This document shows positions 19,898-28,298 of a stretch of 64,000 nt of DNA, piece by piece. The stretch comes from an uncultured Planctomycetia bacterium. Lineage in GTDB: Bacteria > Omnitrophota > Gorgyraeia > 2-02-FULL-51-18. Below the pieces are notes generated by a model that was not told the DNA's origin, made no database searches, and saw nothing but the letters and a program-made list of their open reading frames with translations. How positions within the stretch are numbered: the stretch's first letter is position 1; every line of letters starts with the position of its first letter. Position numbers and translations under genes: made by a program. The stretch is from NCBI GenBank assembly GCA_964642015.1, contig CAZXLF010000007.1:11964-75963 (forward strand). Direction: 5' to 3'.

Positions 19898-21145
19898 TTA
19901 AATATGACTTTCCTTTATTTGACTTATAAAATAACCTTTGCTCAGGATCGTTTTTACAAGATCTCCTTTTTTCAAAACACCTGATGACGTGATGAGTTTT
20001 TCTTCGGGCAATTTGAGCGACACGCTGAATCCTCTTTTTAGCACTGCAAGCGGCCCAAGCGCCTCGAGTTTTCCTGTTAAAGCGGAAAATCTTTCTGCTT
20101 GAAGATCTAAAAGTGTCTGCATAAATGTATCAAGATTTTTTCTGAATTCATCGAGCCTTTGTGACATGATCTCAAAAATTCCCAGAGGATCCCTGAGACC
20201 TTGGCTTTCAATGAGCTGTTTTAATTCCTGGCGAAGCATTTTTAACTTCGCAGTAAATGCCTGAAAGGAACGCATTTTAAGATCTGAAACTTTTAGAATC
20301 AATTCATCTTTAAGCGGCAGAACGATCTCAGCCGCAGCTGACGGTGTCGCAGCCCGAAGATCTGCTACAAAATCCGCTATCGTAAAATCAACCTCGTGGC
20401 CGACCGCAGAAATAACCGGGATCTTCGAATCATAGATCGCGCGCGCAACGATCTCTTCGTTGAACGCCCAAAGGTCTTCCAGACTTCCGCCTCCGCGTCC
20501 GACAATAAGGACGTCCGCGTTTTTTAGTTCATTAAAATCCGTTATCGCATCAGCGATGGATTCGGCGGCTCCGCTTCCCTGTACTTGCACCGGATAAATG
20601 ATCACATGAACACTTGAAAACCTGCGTTCCAGCACATGAAGAATATCCCGAAGCGCAGCTCCGTCGATCGAGGTAACTACTCCGATCTTTGAAGGAAGAT
20701 AAGGGATTTCTTTTTTATGAGCTTCATCAAATAATCCTTCCAGTTTCAGTTTTTCTTTCAATTTTTCAAATTTAAGCTGTAAAGCGCCGATACCTTTTGG
20801 CTCTATTCTTTCAATGTAAAGCTGATACTGTCCCCGGATCGGATAAACACTCACACGGCCAAAGCAAATTATGCTCAAACCTTCCTTCAGATCAAAATCC
20901 AATTTCTGATTATCCGTGCGGAACATCACGCATTGAATCTGTGACGTCTCGTCTTTCAGCGCAAAATACATGTGTCCGGAAGTATGGAACTTAAAATTGG
21001 AAACTTCACCTTCGACCCAGATGCTGGAAAAATTTTCTTCCAGCATGAACCGGATATTCCGTGTCAGATCCGACACGGAAAACACACGGCGGCTTGATTC
21101 TAATGGGACCGTCTTTAATTCTGACGAAACTTGCGAAGTTGTCAT
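19898..21145 (-). CDS. xseA: exodeoxyribonuclease VII large subunit
   Basis: 415 aa. The N-terminal OB-fold region (VWVEGEVSNFKFHTSGHMYFALKD) and the central catalytic region (VVTSIDGAALRDILHVLERR...LIVGRGGGSLEDLWAFNEE) are both present. Confidence 0.9.
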   Translation of the reverse strand: MTTSQVSSELKTVPLESSRRVFSVSDLTRNIRFMLEENFSSIWVEGEVSNFKFHTSGHMYFALKDETSQIQCVMFRTDNQKLDFDLKEGLSIICFGRVSVYPIRGQYQLYIERIEPKGIGALQLKFEKLKEKLKLEGLFDEAHKKEIPYLPSKIGVVTSIDGAALRDILHVLERRFSSVHVIIYPVQVQGSGAAESIADAITDFNELKNADVLIVGRGGGSLEDLWAFNEEIVARAIYDSKIPVISAVGHEVDFTIADFVADLRAATPSAAAEIVLPLKDELILKVSDLKMRSFQAFTAKLKMLRQELKQLIESQGLRDPLGIFEIMSQRLDEFRKNLDTFMQTLLDLQAERFSALTGKLEALGPLAVLKRGFSVSLKLPEEKLITSSGVLKKGDLVKTILSKGYFISQIKESHI

Positions 21146-21937
21146 TTAGATCAGCTTTTTATGAACACGTTCTATTTTCACCGCTTTTCCGGAATGCTCA
21201 TCAACCGTGATGATCGCTCCGGACAAACGGACATCGTTTTTCGCCACTTCTTTCTTTACATTAAGCTGTGTCAAAAATTTCTCAATGATAGGCCCTTTTT
21301 CGGCTCCGATCACCGAATCATAAGGTCCCGTCATTCCAAGATCCGTGATGCAGGCAGTGCCTTTTTCAGTGACACGCTCATCCGCAGTCTGAACATGCGT
21401 GTGAGTGCCGACGACTGCGGACACTCTCCCGTCCAAATACCAAGAAATAGCCGTTTTTTCACTTGTAGCTTCCGCGTGCATATCAACGATGATTACTTGA
21501 GCGTTTTGTTTTTTCAATTTTGCTATCTCTTCATCCGCGATCAGAAAGGGTGACGTAAAGTTATATCTCATAAAAACCTGCCCGGCGACATGGATCACCC
21601 CGATCTTGATCCCTTTATGTTCGACTACACAGGAACCGGCTCCGGGCAAACCTGCCGGAAAATTGGCCGGACGGATAAGCCGGGATTCTTTTTTTAAATA
21701 TTCCTCCACTTCCTTTTTCTTATCAAAAAAATGATCGCCGCCGGTCAAAACATCGCAGCCGTTGATAAAAAGCTCTTTTGCGACCGATTCGGTGATGCCT
21801 GCACCGCCCGCTGCATTTTCAGCATTGCAGATCACAAAATCAAATTCACCACTTGATCTCATCGGTCCGACAAAACGCTCGACTGCTTTTCTTCCAGGTT
21901 CTCCGTACGTATCACCGATGGCAAAGATCTTGATCAT
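21146..21937 (-). CDS. ymdB: YmdB-like metallophosphoesterase (2',3'-cyclic-nucleotide phosphodiesterase family, TIGR00282)
   Basis: MIKIFAIGDTYGEPGRKAV...NAENAAGGAGIT...GGDHFFDKK match YmdB motifs. It lies immediately downstream of rny, as in Bacillus. Confidence 0.85.
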   Translation of the reverse strand: MIKIFAIGDTYGEPGRKAVERFVGPMRSSGEFDFVICNAENAAGGAGITESVAKELFINGCDVLTGGDHFFDKKKEVEEYLKKESRLIRPANFPAGLPGAGSCVVEHKGIKIGVIHVAGQVFMRYNFTSPFLIADEEIAKLKKQNAQVIIVDMHAEATSEKTAISWYLDGRVSAVVGTHTHVQTADERVTEKGTACITDLGMTGPYDSVIGAEKGPIIEKFLTQLNVKKEVAKNDVRLSGAIITVDEHSGKAVKIERVHKKLI

Positions 21938-23508
21938 TTGGCTATTTCTTCGACGCGCGTCTCGCGTATCACGATCACTTTGACCTGCCCGGGAAATTTC
22001 AGATTGCTCTCGATCTTTTTCGATATCTCATGCGCGAGCGCAGGCAATGAATCTTCCGGAACGCGGTCGGGTTTCACCATCACACGTATCTCACGTCCTC
22101 CCTGGATTGCATAAGATTTTTCGACACCGGGATGTTTATCGGCGATGGATTCCAGATCATTCAGACGTTTCACGTAATTTTCCAGACTTTCACGGCGCGC
22201 CCCGGGCCTTGCGGCGCTTACAGCATCAGCAGCCTGCACCAGCATCGGCCAGACTGATTTCATTTCGATATCTTCATGATGTGCCTCGATCCCATGGATC
22301 ACATCCGGATGCTCGCCGTAGCGGCGCGCCAATTCGCCACCGATCAACGCATGCGGCCCTTCTACATCATGGCTGACAGCTTTTCCAAGATCATGCAAAA
22401 GACCCGCGCGGCGCGCAAGCACAGGGTCCAGCTTCATCTCGCCTGCGATCACATTCATTAAGTAAGCCACTTCAAGCGAATGCGCCAGAACATTCTGTCC
22501 GTAGCTTGAACGGAATTTGAGACGTCCTAAAAGCTTCACGACCTCCGGATGAACATTTGCAATGCCAACTTCTACAAGCGCTTTTTCACCTTCTTCTTTC
22601 AAAACATTTTCCATATTCCTTTTGACTTTTTGCACGACTTCTTCGATACGCGCCGGGTGGATGCGTGTATCCTTGATAAGCTCTTCCAAAGAAAGCCGCG
22701 CAACTTCGCGCCGAACTCCGTCAAACGCCGACAAGACCACTGTGCCCGGTGTATCATCGATGATCAAATCCACACCCGTCAAAGTTTCAAATGATTTGAT
22801 ATTACGCCCGTCTTTCCCGATGATTCGTCCTTTCATTTCCTCATTCGGAAGTGTAACAGTCGTGACCGTTGATTCCATGGAGTGCTCGGCTGCACACCGC
22901 TGAATTGCAAGACTCAAGATCTTCTTGGCTTTTTTATCCGCAAGCTCTTCCGCTTCGGCTTCGATTTGGCGGATCATGCGGCTTGCGTCATTACGCACAT
23001 CGATCTCAAGACGCTTAAGATACTGTGTTTTGGCCTCTTCGGGATCAAGACCTGAAATCCGTTGTAAAATCTGCCGCTCCTCGGAAAATAACTTTTGCAG
23101 CTCGCTTTCTTTTTCTCCGATCGTTTTTTCTTTATTTGTCGCTTCCTGAAGTTTAAAAAGCGCCTCGCGTTCTTTTTTTTCAACAATGTCCAATTTCTGA
23201 TCTATCGTTTGTTCTTTATGCTTGAAGATTTTCTCAGAATTTTCAAAGTCTCGCATCCTCTGGGAGACTTTATTGTCGAAATCCGTCTGGATCTTGGCGA
23301 AATATTGTTTGCTCTCCTTTTCGGATTTTTTCACAATATCTTCGGACTCGCGTTTGGCATTGACCAATATCTCACGTGCCTTCGATTCGGCCGTGCGGAT
23401 CAGACGCTCGGCATATCGTTTTCGAATGAAATACCCCAAAGCAAAGCAAATACCGGCTAAAAATATTCCGCCGATGACCAATAAAAAAATATCGTTTGTG
23501 TCCATCAT
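21934..23508 (-). CDS. rny: ribonuclease Y
   Basis: An N-terminal TM segment is followed by a coiled coil, a KH domain (GRIIGKDGRNIKSFETLTGVDLIIDDTPG) and an HD domain (AHSLEVAYL...LLHDLGKA). Confidence 0.92.
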   Translation of the reverse strand: MMDTNDIFLLVIGGIFLAGICFALGYFIRKRYAERLIRTAESKAREILVNAKRESEDIVKKSEKESKQYFAKIQTDFDNKVSQRMRDFENSEKIFKHKEQTIDQKLDIVEKKEREALFKLQEATNKEKTIGEKESELQKLFSEERQILQRISGLDPEEAKTQYLKRLEIDVRNDASRMIRQIEAEAEELADKKAKKILSLAIQRCAAEHSMESTVTTVTLPNEEMKGRIIGKDGRNIKSFETLTGVDLIIDDTPGTVVLSAFDGVRREVARLSLEELIKDTRIHPARIEEVVQKVKRNMENVLKEEGEKALVEVGIANVHPEVVKLLGRLKFRSSYGQNVLAHSLEVAYLMNVIAGEMKLDPVLARRAGLLHDLGKAVSHDVEGPHALIGGELARRYGEHPDVIHGIEAHHEDIEMKSVWPMLVQAADAVSAARPGARRESLENYVKRLNDLESIADKHPGVEKSYAIQGGREIRVMVKPDRVPEDSLPALAHEISKKIESNLKFPGQVKVIVIRETRVEEIAK

Positions 23509-23512
23509 AAGA

Positions 23513-24046
23513 TTAATCCGTCAAAACCATATCCAATTTTACGTCATGAGCCTCTGCCGGGACTGTTTGAATAACCTGGAACGAGAACGCAAGACCTATT
23601 TTTAAAACTGTCGGATCAAATTTTTTCAAAAAACGGTCGTAATAACCGATCCCATGTCCGATCCGGTAATTTTTTTTGTCGAACGCAACACCGGGAACAA
23701 TAATACAATTTACTTCTTCCAATTCCGCAAGCCGCGTCCTTTCAGGACGCGGTTCCATGACATCATAAGACCCTTTCTTAAGATCCTTCTTTGGATCTTT
23801 GATCTCATGGAGACTTAATTCTTTATTCATTTCGACACGCGGAACAAGCACATGTTTTTTCATGGCCAATGCCTCGTCAATCATCTCTCTTGTGTCGGGT
23901 TCCAATGGCAATGAAACATAAAAACAGACGCAACGGCTTTTTTTGAATTCATCCAGGGAGAAAAGCTTTTTTTTGATAATAAGACTTTTGGCTTTTAGCT
24001 CTTTTGGGGTAATAGCTCGAAGTTTTTTTAAAACTTCGGCTCTCAA
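23513..24046 (-). CDS. 5-formyltetrahydrofolate cyclo-ligase (MTHFS/YgfA family); TTG start implied by the track
   Basis: 177 aa. RIGHGIGYYDRFL matches the MTHFS C-terminal motif (G.G.GYYDR.L). Confidence 0.8.
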   Translation of the reverse strand: MRAEVLKKLRAITPKELKAKSLIIKKKLFSLDEFKKSRCVCFYVSLPLEPDTREMIDEALAMKKHVLVPRVEMNKELSLHEIKDPKKDLKKGSYDVMEPRPERTRLAELEEVNCIIVPGVAFDKKNYRIGHGIGYYDRFLKKFDPTVLKIGLAFSFQVIQTVPAEAHDVKLDMVLTD

Positions 24047-24049
24047 ATC

Positions 24050-24245
24050 CTTTTTCGTCCGCAGTGTGATACTCTAGTTTCCTTAAAAACAAAAAGCCCA
24101 AAACTATAGTCCTTTGCAAGACTATATGGTTATTGGACTTATGAGATTTTGCCTATTGAAATGATCCCTAACCCTTCTAAAGATTAGGGTTATTATAACA
24201 CGGCGTTTTTTAGGTAGCAAGAATACGTAAGAAGCTGTTTTACAA
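24050..24245 (-). ncRNA. ssrS: candidate 6S RNA (ssrS) locus, inferred mainly from position upstream of the MTHFS gene
   Basis: There is a 204-nt non-coding gap between the Rrf2 stop and the MTHFS start on the same strand. It contains hairpins (taaccct/agggtta; tatagtc/gactata) and a U-rich stretch. ssrS-ygfA linkage is widely conserved, but no 6S consensus bubble could be verified by eye. Confidence 0.2.
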
Positions 24246-24250
24246 GCGCT

Positions 24251-24706
24251 TTAGATGTGAAAAGCGTATTGGGAGGCCGGTTTACTCTTCTTGAATCGGC
24301 GCGCCTCATCGATCAGATCTTTTAAAGTGGCGCCGGCCAGACCTGTTTCAATAGAAGATTTGAATTTGTCCCAAAAGATAAAATTAGCGATCGCTACTTC
24401 GTCGGTTTCGGGCGTTAATTTTACTTTATTGTTTAATTCCAAGGTATTTTTATTGCTCAAAACATAAAAAAGAGAGTCTAGACGGATCTCGGAAGGTTTT
24501 TTCGTCAAAACATATCCGCCCTGAGGTCCGCGCACGCTTTTGACAAACCCTTTTTTCTTAAGCGCATTGAGAATCTGCTCAAGATACGCGACGGAAATGC
24601 CTTCTTTCTTCGCTATTTGAGTCACGGAAAGTGAACCCTCACCGTACCGGCTAGCTAGCACCAGGACGGCCTTTAAGCCATAAAGTGTACGGGTAGAAAA
24701 TTTCAT
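24251..24706 (-). CDS. Rrf2-family transcriptional regulator (CymR/IscR-like, no obvious Cys-cluster ligands)
   Basis: The N-terminal HTH (TRTLYGLKAVLVLASRYGEGSLSVTQIAKKEGISVAYLEQILNALKKKGFVKSVRGPQGGYVL) is typical Rrf2. It is the last gene of the sulfur cluster. Confidence 0.85.
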   Translation of the reverse strand: MKFSTRTLYGLKAVLVLASRYGEGSLSVTQIAKKEGISVAYLEQILNALKKKGFVKSVRGPQGGYVLTKKPSEIRLDSLFYVLSNKNTLELNNKVKLTPETDEVAIANFIFWDKFKSSIETGLAGATLKDLIDEARRFKKSKPASQYAFHI

Positions 24707-24714
24707 AAATTTTT

Positions 24715-24945
24715 TTATCTTTGACTAGCTCTGATCTTCACGATCTGAAGCTCGGCTTTCATTTCATCGAGCTGTTTGAGAATAAGATCCTGATTCGCCA
24801 GAATTTTATCAAGCTTGACAGAGACCATATCCGTATTGACAGGTGTCGGAGCGGGAGCTGTATTATTTTCATCCGCAAACGAATGATTGACCGCAAAAAA
24901 CAAAAGCGATCCAAAAAAAATTGCGAGTATAAGATTTTTTTTCAT
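24715..24945 (-). CDS. small secreted coiled-coil protein, hypothetical
   Basis: 76 aa with a signal peptide (MKKNLILAIFFGSLLFFAVNHSFA) followed by a helical segment. Confidence 0.45.
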   Translation of the reverse strand: MKKNLILAIFFGSLLFFAVNHSFADENNTAPAPTPVNTDMVSVKLDKILANQDLILKQLDEMKAELQIVKIRASQR

Positions 24946-24961
24946 TTTGCTCCTTTACAGA

Positions 24962-25252
24962 TTAATGGGACAAGATCTTTGCTTTATCGGATTTTATCTT
25001 TTCTTCTACGGAATAAGCCGAACCTGAAAAATGTTTGCTGAACTTATCGAAGATCCGCGAGATCAATAACACAAAAGCATGCACAAAACATGCGGTTCCC
25101 AATCCTGCGGCAATGCCAAAATGCTCAAAAGGATAAGGATATTTTTGTTTTTGAAAAAGTATGTCAGTATAACGGTAAACGAGATAAAAAGCGGCTGCAG
25201 GCGCAATGATCGACAAAATAACAAAAAAGATCGAGGGAAGTTTTTTCCTCAA
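24962..25252 (-). CDS. small two-TM membrane protein, hypothetical
   Basis: 96 aa with two hydrophobic helices ([19 protein letters not shown]; [19 protein letters not shown]). It overlaps the upstream gene's stop by 4 nt. Confidence 0.45.
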   Translation of the reverse strand: MRKKLPSIFFVILSIIAPAAAFYLVYRYTDILFQKQKYPYPFEHFGIAAGLGTACFVHAFVLLISRIFDKFSKHFSGSAYSVEEKIKSDKAKILSH

Positions 25253-25767
25253 GAAGCACTGTCTCCGGTAACTGGCTCCACCTTAATGCCGAGTGACTCC
25301 AGAAATTTGATGCCTTTGACAAGATTTTCTTCGGTGCCTTCGAGCTCAAGCATCATTTCACCAACGGTTTCCGTGACACGCGCTTTGCGGATATTAGGCA
25401 TGATGTCGTATTTTTTCGCCATCGTGAATACCGCGGGCTTTTTGATCTGGTCAGGAGGAAAAACAAGCGTCACTCTTTTTTTAGACAGCTTTGCTCCACC
25501 GGCAATCGCGGGAATGATGGAAATATCATCCCCATCCTTTAAAGAGGTATCCTGACCCTGCAAAAAACGAATGTCTTCCTCATTCACGTAAATATTCACG
25601 AACCGCCGCAGTTTTCCATCGCCGTCGCAGAGACGTTCTTTGATACCGGGATGTTTTTTTTCAAGATCCGAAAGCATTTGATTAATGTTGGATGCATCGC
25701 AGCTGACTTCGCTCTGGTTGTTCGTCAATTTCTGCAAAGGGGTCGGGATCCTTACTTTGATTGCCAT
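25249..25767 (-). CDS. MoaD/CysO-like ubiquitin-fold sulfur-carrier domain fused to a C-terminal NIL domain
   Basis: Residues 1-90 match MoaD ([14 protein letters not shown] ... [12 protein letters not shown]...[16 protein letters not shown], with Gly-Gly at 89-90). Residues ~95-172 match a NIL domain ([46 protein letters not shown]). A strong SD (AAGGAGG) lies 4 nt upstream of the ATG. Confidence 0.75.
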   Translation of the reverse strand: MAIKVRIPTPLQKLTNNQSEVSCDASNINQMLSDLEKKHPGIKERLCDGDGKLRRFVNIYVNEEDIRFLQGQDTSLKDGDDISIIPAIAGGAKLSKKRVTLVFPPDQIKKPAVFTMAKKYDIMPNIRKARVTETVGEMMLELEGTEENLVKGIKFLESLGIKVEPVTGDSAS

Positions 25768-25915
25768 ACTTCCTCCTTAAATGAGCGCAGGATTTACGCT
25801 ACAAAAGCGTAATTCTACATCGCGAATTCCCGCCACAGAACACTGGCGGGTCCGCGGGTCCGCCGCGCTTTTTGGCGGATATCCTGAGAAGATTCCTCAG
25901 AATCGACGAAGGATC
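25768..25915 (-). promoter_or_regulatory. structured GC-rich leader (candidate attenuator or riboswitch-like element) upstream of the MoaD-NIL gene
   Basis: The minus-strand RNA contains hairpins AUUCUGAG/CUCAGGAU and UUACGCU/AGCGUAA. A central GC-rich segment (CCGCC-N9-GGCGG-ACCCGCGGAC-CCGCC-N9-GGCGGG) has mutually exclusive pairings. It stands out in a 45%-GC genome. Confidence 0.4.
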
Positions 25916-27178
25916 TCACTTTGAGACCCAAACATCTTCTTTTATCTTTGTTTCATTTCTCAGTGAACGTTCGAACGACTCTAAACTCGGCTTGATGCGG
26001 TAAGGTTTTCCGATATGATCGGAAACCGCTTCTTGTGTTTTTAATCCATTCCCGGTGATGCAAATAACACATGATTCATTTTTCGGAATAACACCGTTCT
26101 CGATCAACTTTTTAGTCGACGCAACCGTGACACCGCCGGCTGTTTCGGTAAAAATGCCTTCCGTACTTGCCAAAAGTTTTATTCCGTCGATGATCTCTTG
26201 ATCCGTCACTGTTTCTCCGTTGCCACCGCTTTCTTTCATCGCGTCAAGTGCATAAGGGCCATCAGCGGGATTACCGATCGCCAAAGATTTTGCGATCGTC
26301 TTGGGCTTCACGGGTTTTATAATTTCGCTTTTCTGTCTCAAAGCCGTTACGACCGGTGAACAGCCTTCGGCTTGCGCCGCATAAATTTTCGAATTTAATG
26401 AATCGATCAATCCCAATTTTTTAAATTCATTGAACGCTTTCCAAATTTTTACCAAAAGCGAACCGCTCGCAACGGGCACGACAACGTGTTGAGGGACACG
26501 CCAACCCAATTGTTCCATGATCTCGTATCCATAGGTCTTTGAACCTTCGGCATAATAAGGGCGAATATTGATATTTACGAAAGCCCAGCGATAACGTGCT
26601 GCGATCTCGGCACAGAGTCGGTTGACGTCATCATAATTGCCTTCGACGGCAACAAGATTGGGCGCATACGTCAATGATCCGATCACTTTTCCAAGCTCAA
26701 GATCCGCCGGAATAAAAATAAAGCGGTTAAGCCCAGCCCATGCGGCTTGCGCACTTACTGAACCGGCAAGATTTCCCGTGGAAGCGCAAGCGACAGTTTT
26801 AAAACCAAGTTCTTTTGCTTTCGTCAGAGCGACCGCAACCACGCGGTCTTTAAAGGAAAGTGTAGGATGACATACTGAATCGTCTTTAATGTAAAGTTCT
26901 TTCATTCCCAACTCTCGCGCGAGATTGTCTGCACGGAATAAAGGAGTAAAGCCCGCATGAAAACCTACAGTCGGATGCTTGTCGATCGGAAGCAGATCGC
27001 GGTAGCGCCAAATACTTTTCGGACCTTTTTCGATCTTTTCTCGGGAGATAACTTCTTTGATCTTGTTATAGTCGTAATCAACTTCAAGTGAACCGAAGCA
27101 AAATTCGCAGACATAGATCGACTCGATCGGATAAAGCCGATGGCATTCTCTGCATTTTAAACCTTTGACGTAACCCAT
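25916..27178 (-). CDS. threonine-synthase-family PLP enzyme with an N-terminal zinc ribbon (ThrC / cysteate synthase / MetM-like)
   Basis: The N-terminus (C-R-E-C ... C-E-F-C) forms a zinc ribbon. The PLP lysine motif is HPTLSFKDR. The Gly-rich loop is TGNLAGS. Length 420 aa. Confidence 0.8.
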   Translation of the reverse strand: MGYVKGLKCRECHRLYPIESIYVCEFCFGSLEVDYDYNKIKEVISREKIEKGPKSIWRYRDLLPIDKHPTVGFHAGFTPLFRADNLARELGMKELYIKDDSVCHPTLSFKDRVVAVALTKAKELGFKTVACASTGNLAGSVSAQAAWAGLNRFIFIPADLELGKVIGSLTYAPNLVAVEGNYDDVNRLCAEIAARYRWAFVNINIRPYYAEGSKTYGYEIMEQLGWRVPQHVVVPVASGSLLVKIWKAFNEFKKLGLIDSLNSKIYAAQAEGCSPVVTALRQKSEIIKPVKPKTIAKSLAIGNPADGPYALDAMKESGGNGETVTDQEIIDGIKLLASTEGIFTETAGGVTVASTKKLIENGVIPKNESCVICITGNGLKTQEAVSDHIGKPYRIKPSLESFERSLRNETKIKEDVWVSK

Positions 27179-27210
27179 TGAATTTCCTTAACTAATAATT
27201 ATTCAATTTT

Positions 27211-27226
27211 GATGAATGAATTCATC
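27211..27226. promoter_or_regulatory. inverted repeat GATGAAT-ga-ATTCATC in the promoter region of the ThrC-like gene; candidate operator
   Basis: A perfect 7-bp inverted repeat with a 2-nt spacer lies ~30 nt upstream of the ThrC-like start, in an AT-rich gap. Confidence 0.35.
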
Positions 27227-27252
27227 TATTTGATGAGAATTTTCCAAGTCTA

Positions 27253-28275
27253 TCACTTCTTCTCAGTTGTTTCAACTTTCGTCTCCGAAATCTCTTTCAA
27301 GAACCGCGTATCATAAAGGAACTTCAAATCCGGATCTTTTTTAAGAAAACCGGCATGGTAAGCGGCGAGCGCCTGCGCTCTCACAGTGGACGGAAGAGGA
27401 TCCGTGGTAAATTCCACGCGATTCCATGCCCGGTCCAGCAGTTCTTGAGACAGAGGCTTACCTGTTTCTTTCTCGATCTCCTTTTTAAAAACGACTTTGG
27501 CTTCTTCAGGATTCGAACGGATCCAATTCGTGATCTTTACGTGCGTCTCGAGGAAACGCTTCACCAGGGCGGGATGTTCTTCAAGAAACTTCGCACGAAC
27601 AAGTACGACCGTCGTCGCATACCGGCCATCTTTCCAAAGAGAGGCTTCATCCAAAAATACTTTTCCTCCCGCCGTTTGTTCCAAGATAGAAACCCACGGC
27701 TCGACGGTCCACGAAGCGTCGATTTCTTTTTTAAGGAACAACGTCACATGATCTGCATTTGAAACAGGGATCACCTGAACATCGCCACCCACTTCTTTTA
27801 ACTTCAACCCTTGTTTGTCAAGCCACGAACGAAGCGAAACGTCCTGTGTATTTCCAAGCTGCGGAGAAGCTACTTTCCTTCCGTGAAAATCTTCGGGCTT
27901 TGTAATACCGCTATCCGAGCGGATCACCAGCGCCGCACCGCCTGAACTTGAACCCGACACAATGCGCACCGCTTCGCCTTCCGATTTCACATAGGCATTG
28001 ATCGCCGGACTAGGACCAATATAGGCGATATCCAGCTTTCCTGCGAATAATGCCTCAATGGCCGAAGGACCGGCGTTGAATATTTTCCAGTCTACTTCCG
28101 CGTTCGGCGACAAATTATCTTCAAACCAGTGATTCGCGTGACCGATCACTCCTTGAGCGTGCGTGATGTTTGAAAAATGTCCAACGCGGACTTTTGTCTG
28201 CGTTGGATCCGCCGAAGCTTTAGTGGCGGATCCAAAAAGGCTGATTGCAACCAACAGTAAGATTAACTGCTTCAT
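27253..28275 (-). CDS. ABC transporter substrate-binding protein, NMT1/SsuA/TauA family (sulfonate/nitrate/taurine type)
   Basis: Signal peptide MKQLILLLVAISLFGSATKASA (start placed at this internal Met, 28275) is followed by an SsuA-like fold (KVRVGHFSNITHAQ...LDIAYIGPSPAINAYVK). Confidence 0.8.
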   Translation of the reverse strand: MKQLILLLVAISLFGSATKASADPTQTKVRVGHFSNITHAQGVIGHANHWFEDNLSPNAEVDWKIFNAGPSAIEALFAGKLDIAYIGPSPAINAYVKSEGEAVRIVSGSSSGGAALVIRSDSGITKPEDFHGRKVASPQLGNTQDVSLRSWLDKQGLKLKEVGGDVQVIPVSNADHVTLFLKKEIDASWTVEPWVSILEQTAGGKVFLDEASLWKDGRYATTVVLVRAKFLEEHPALVKRFLETHVKITNWIRSNPEEAKVVFKKEIEKETGKPLSQELLDRAWNRVEFTTDPLPSTVRAQALAAYHAGFLKKDPDLKFLYDTRFLKEISETKVETTEKK

Positions 28276-28298
28276 TTTCTTTCCAACTCCAAAATTTT

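Noticed and set aside
22047-23605. Several 70-127-aa plus-strand ORFs across the rny gene.
   Set aside because: RNase Y on the minus strand is full length with KH and HD motifs. The plus-strand frames are Arg/Ser/Phe-rich antisense noise.
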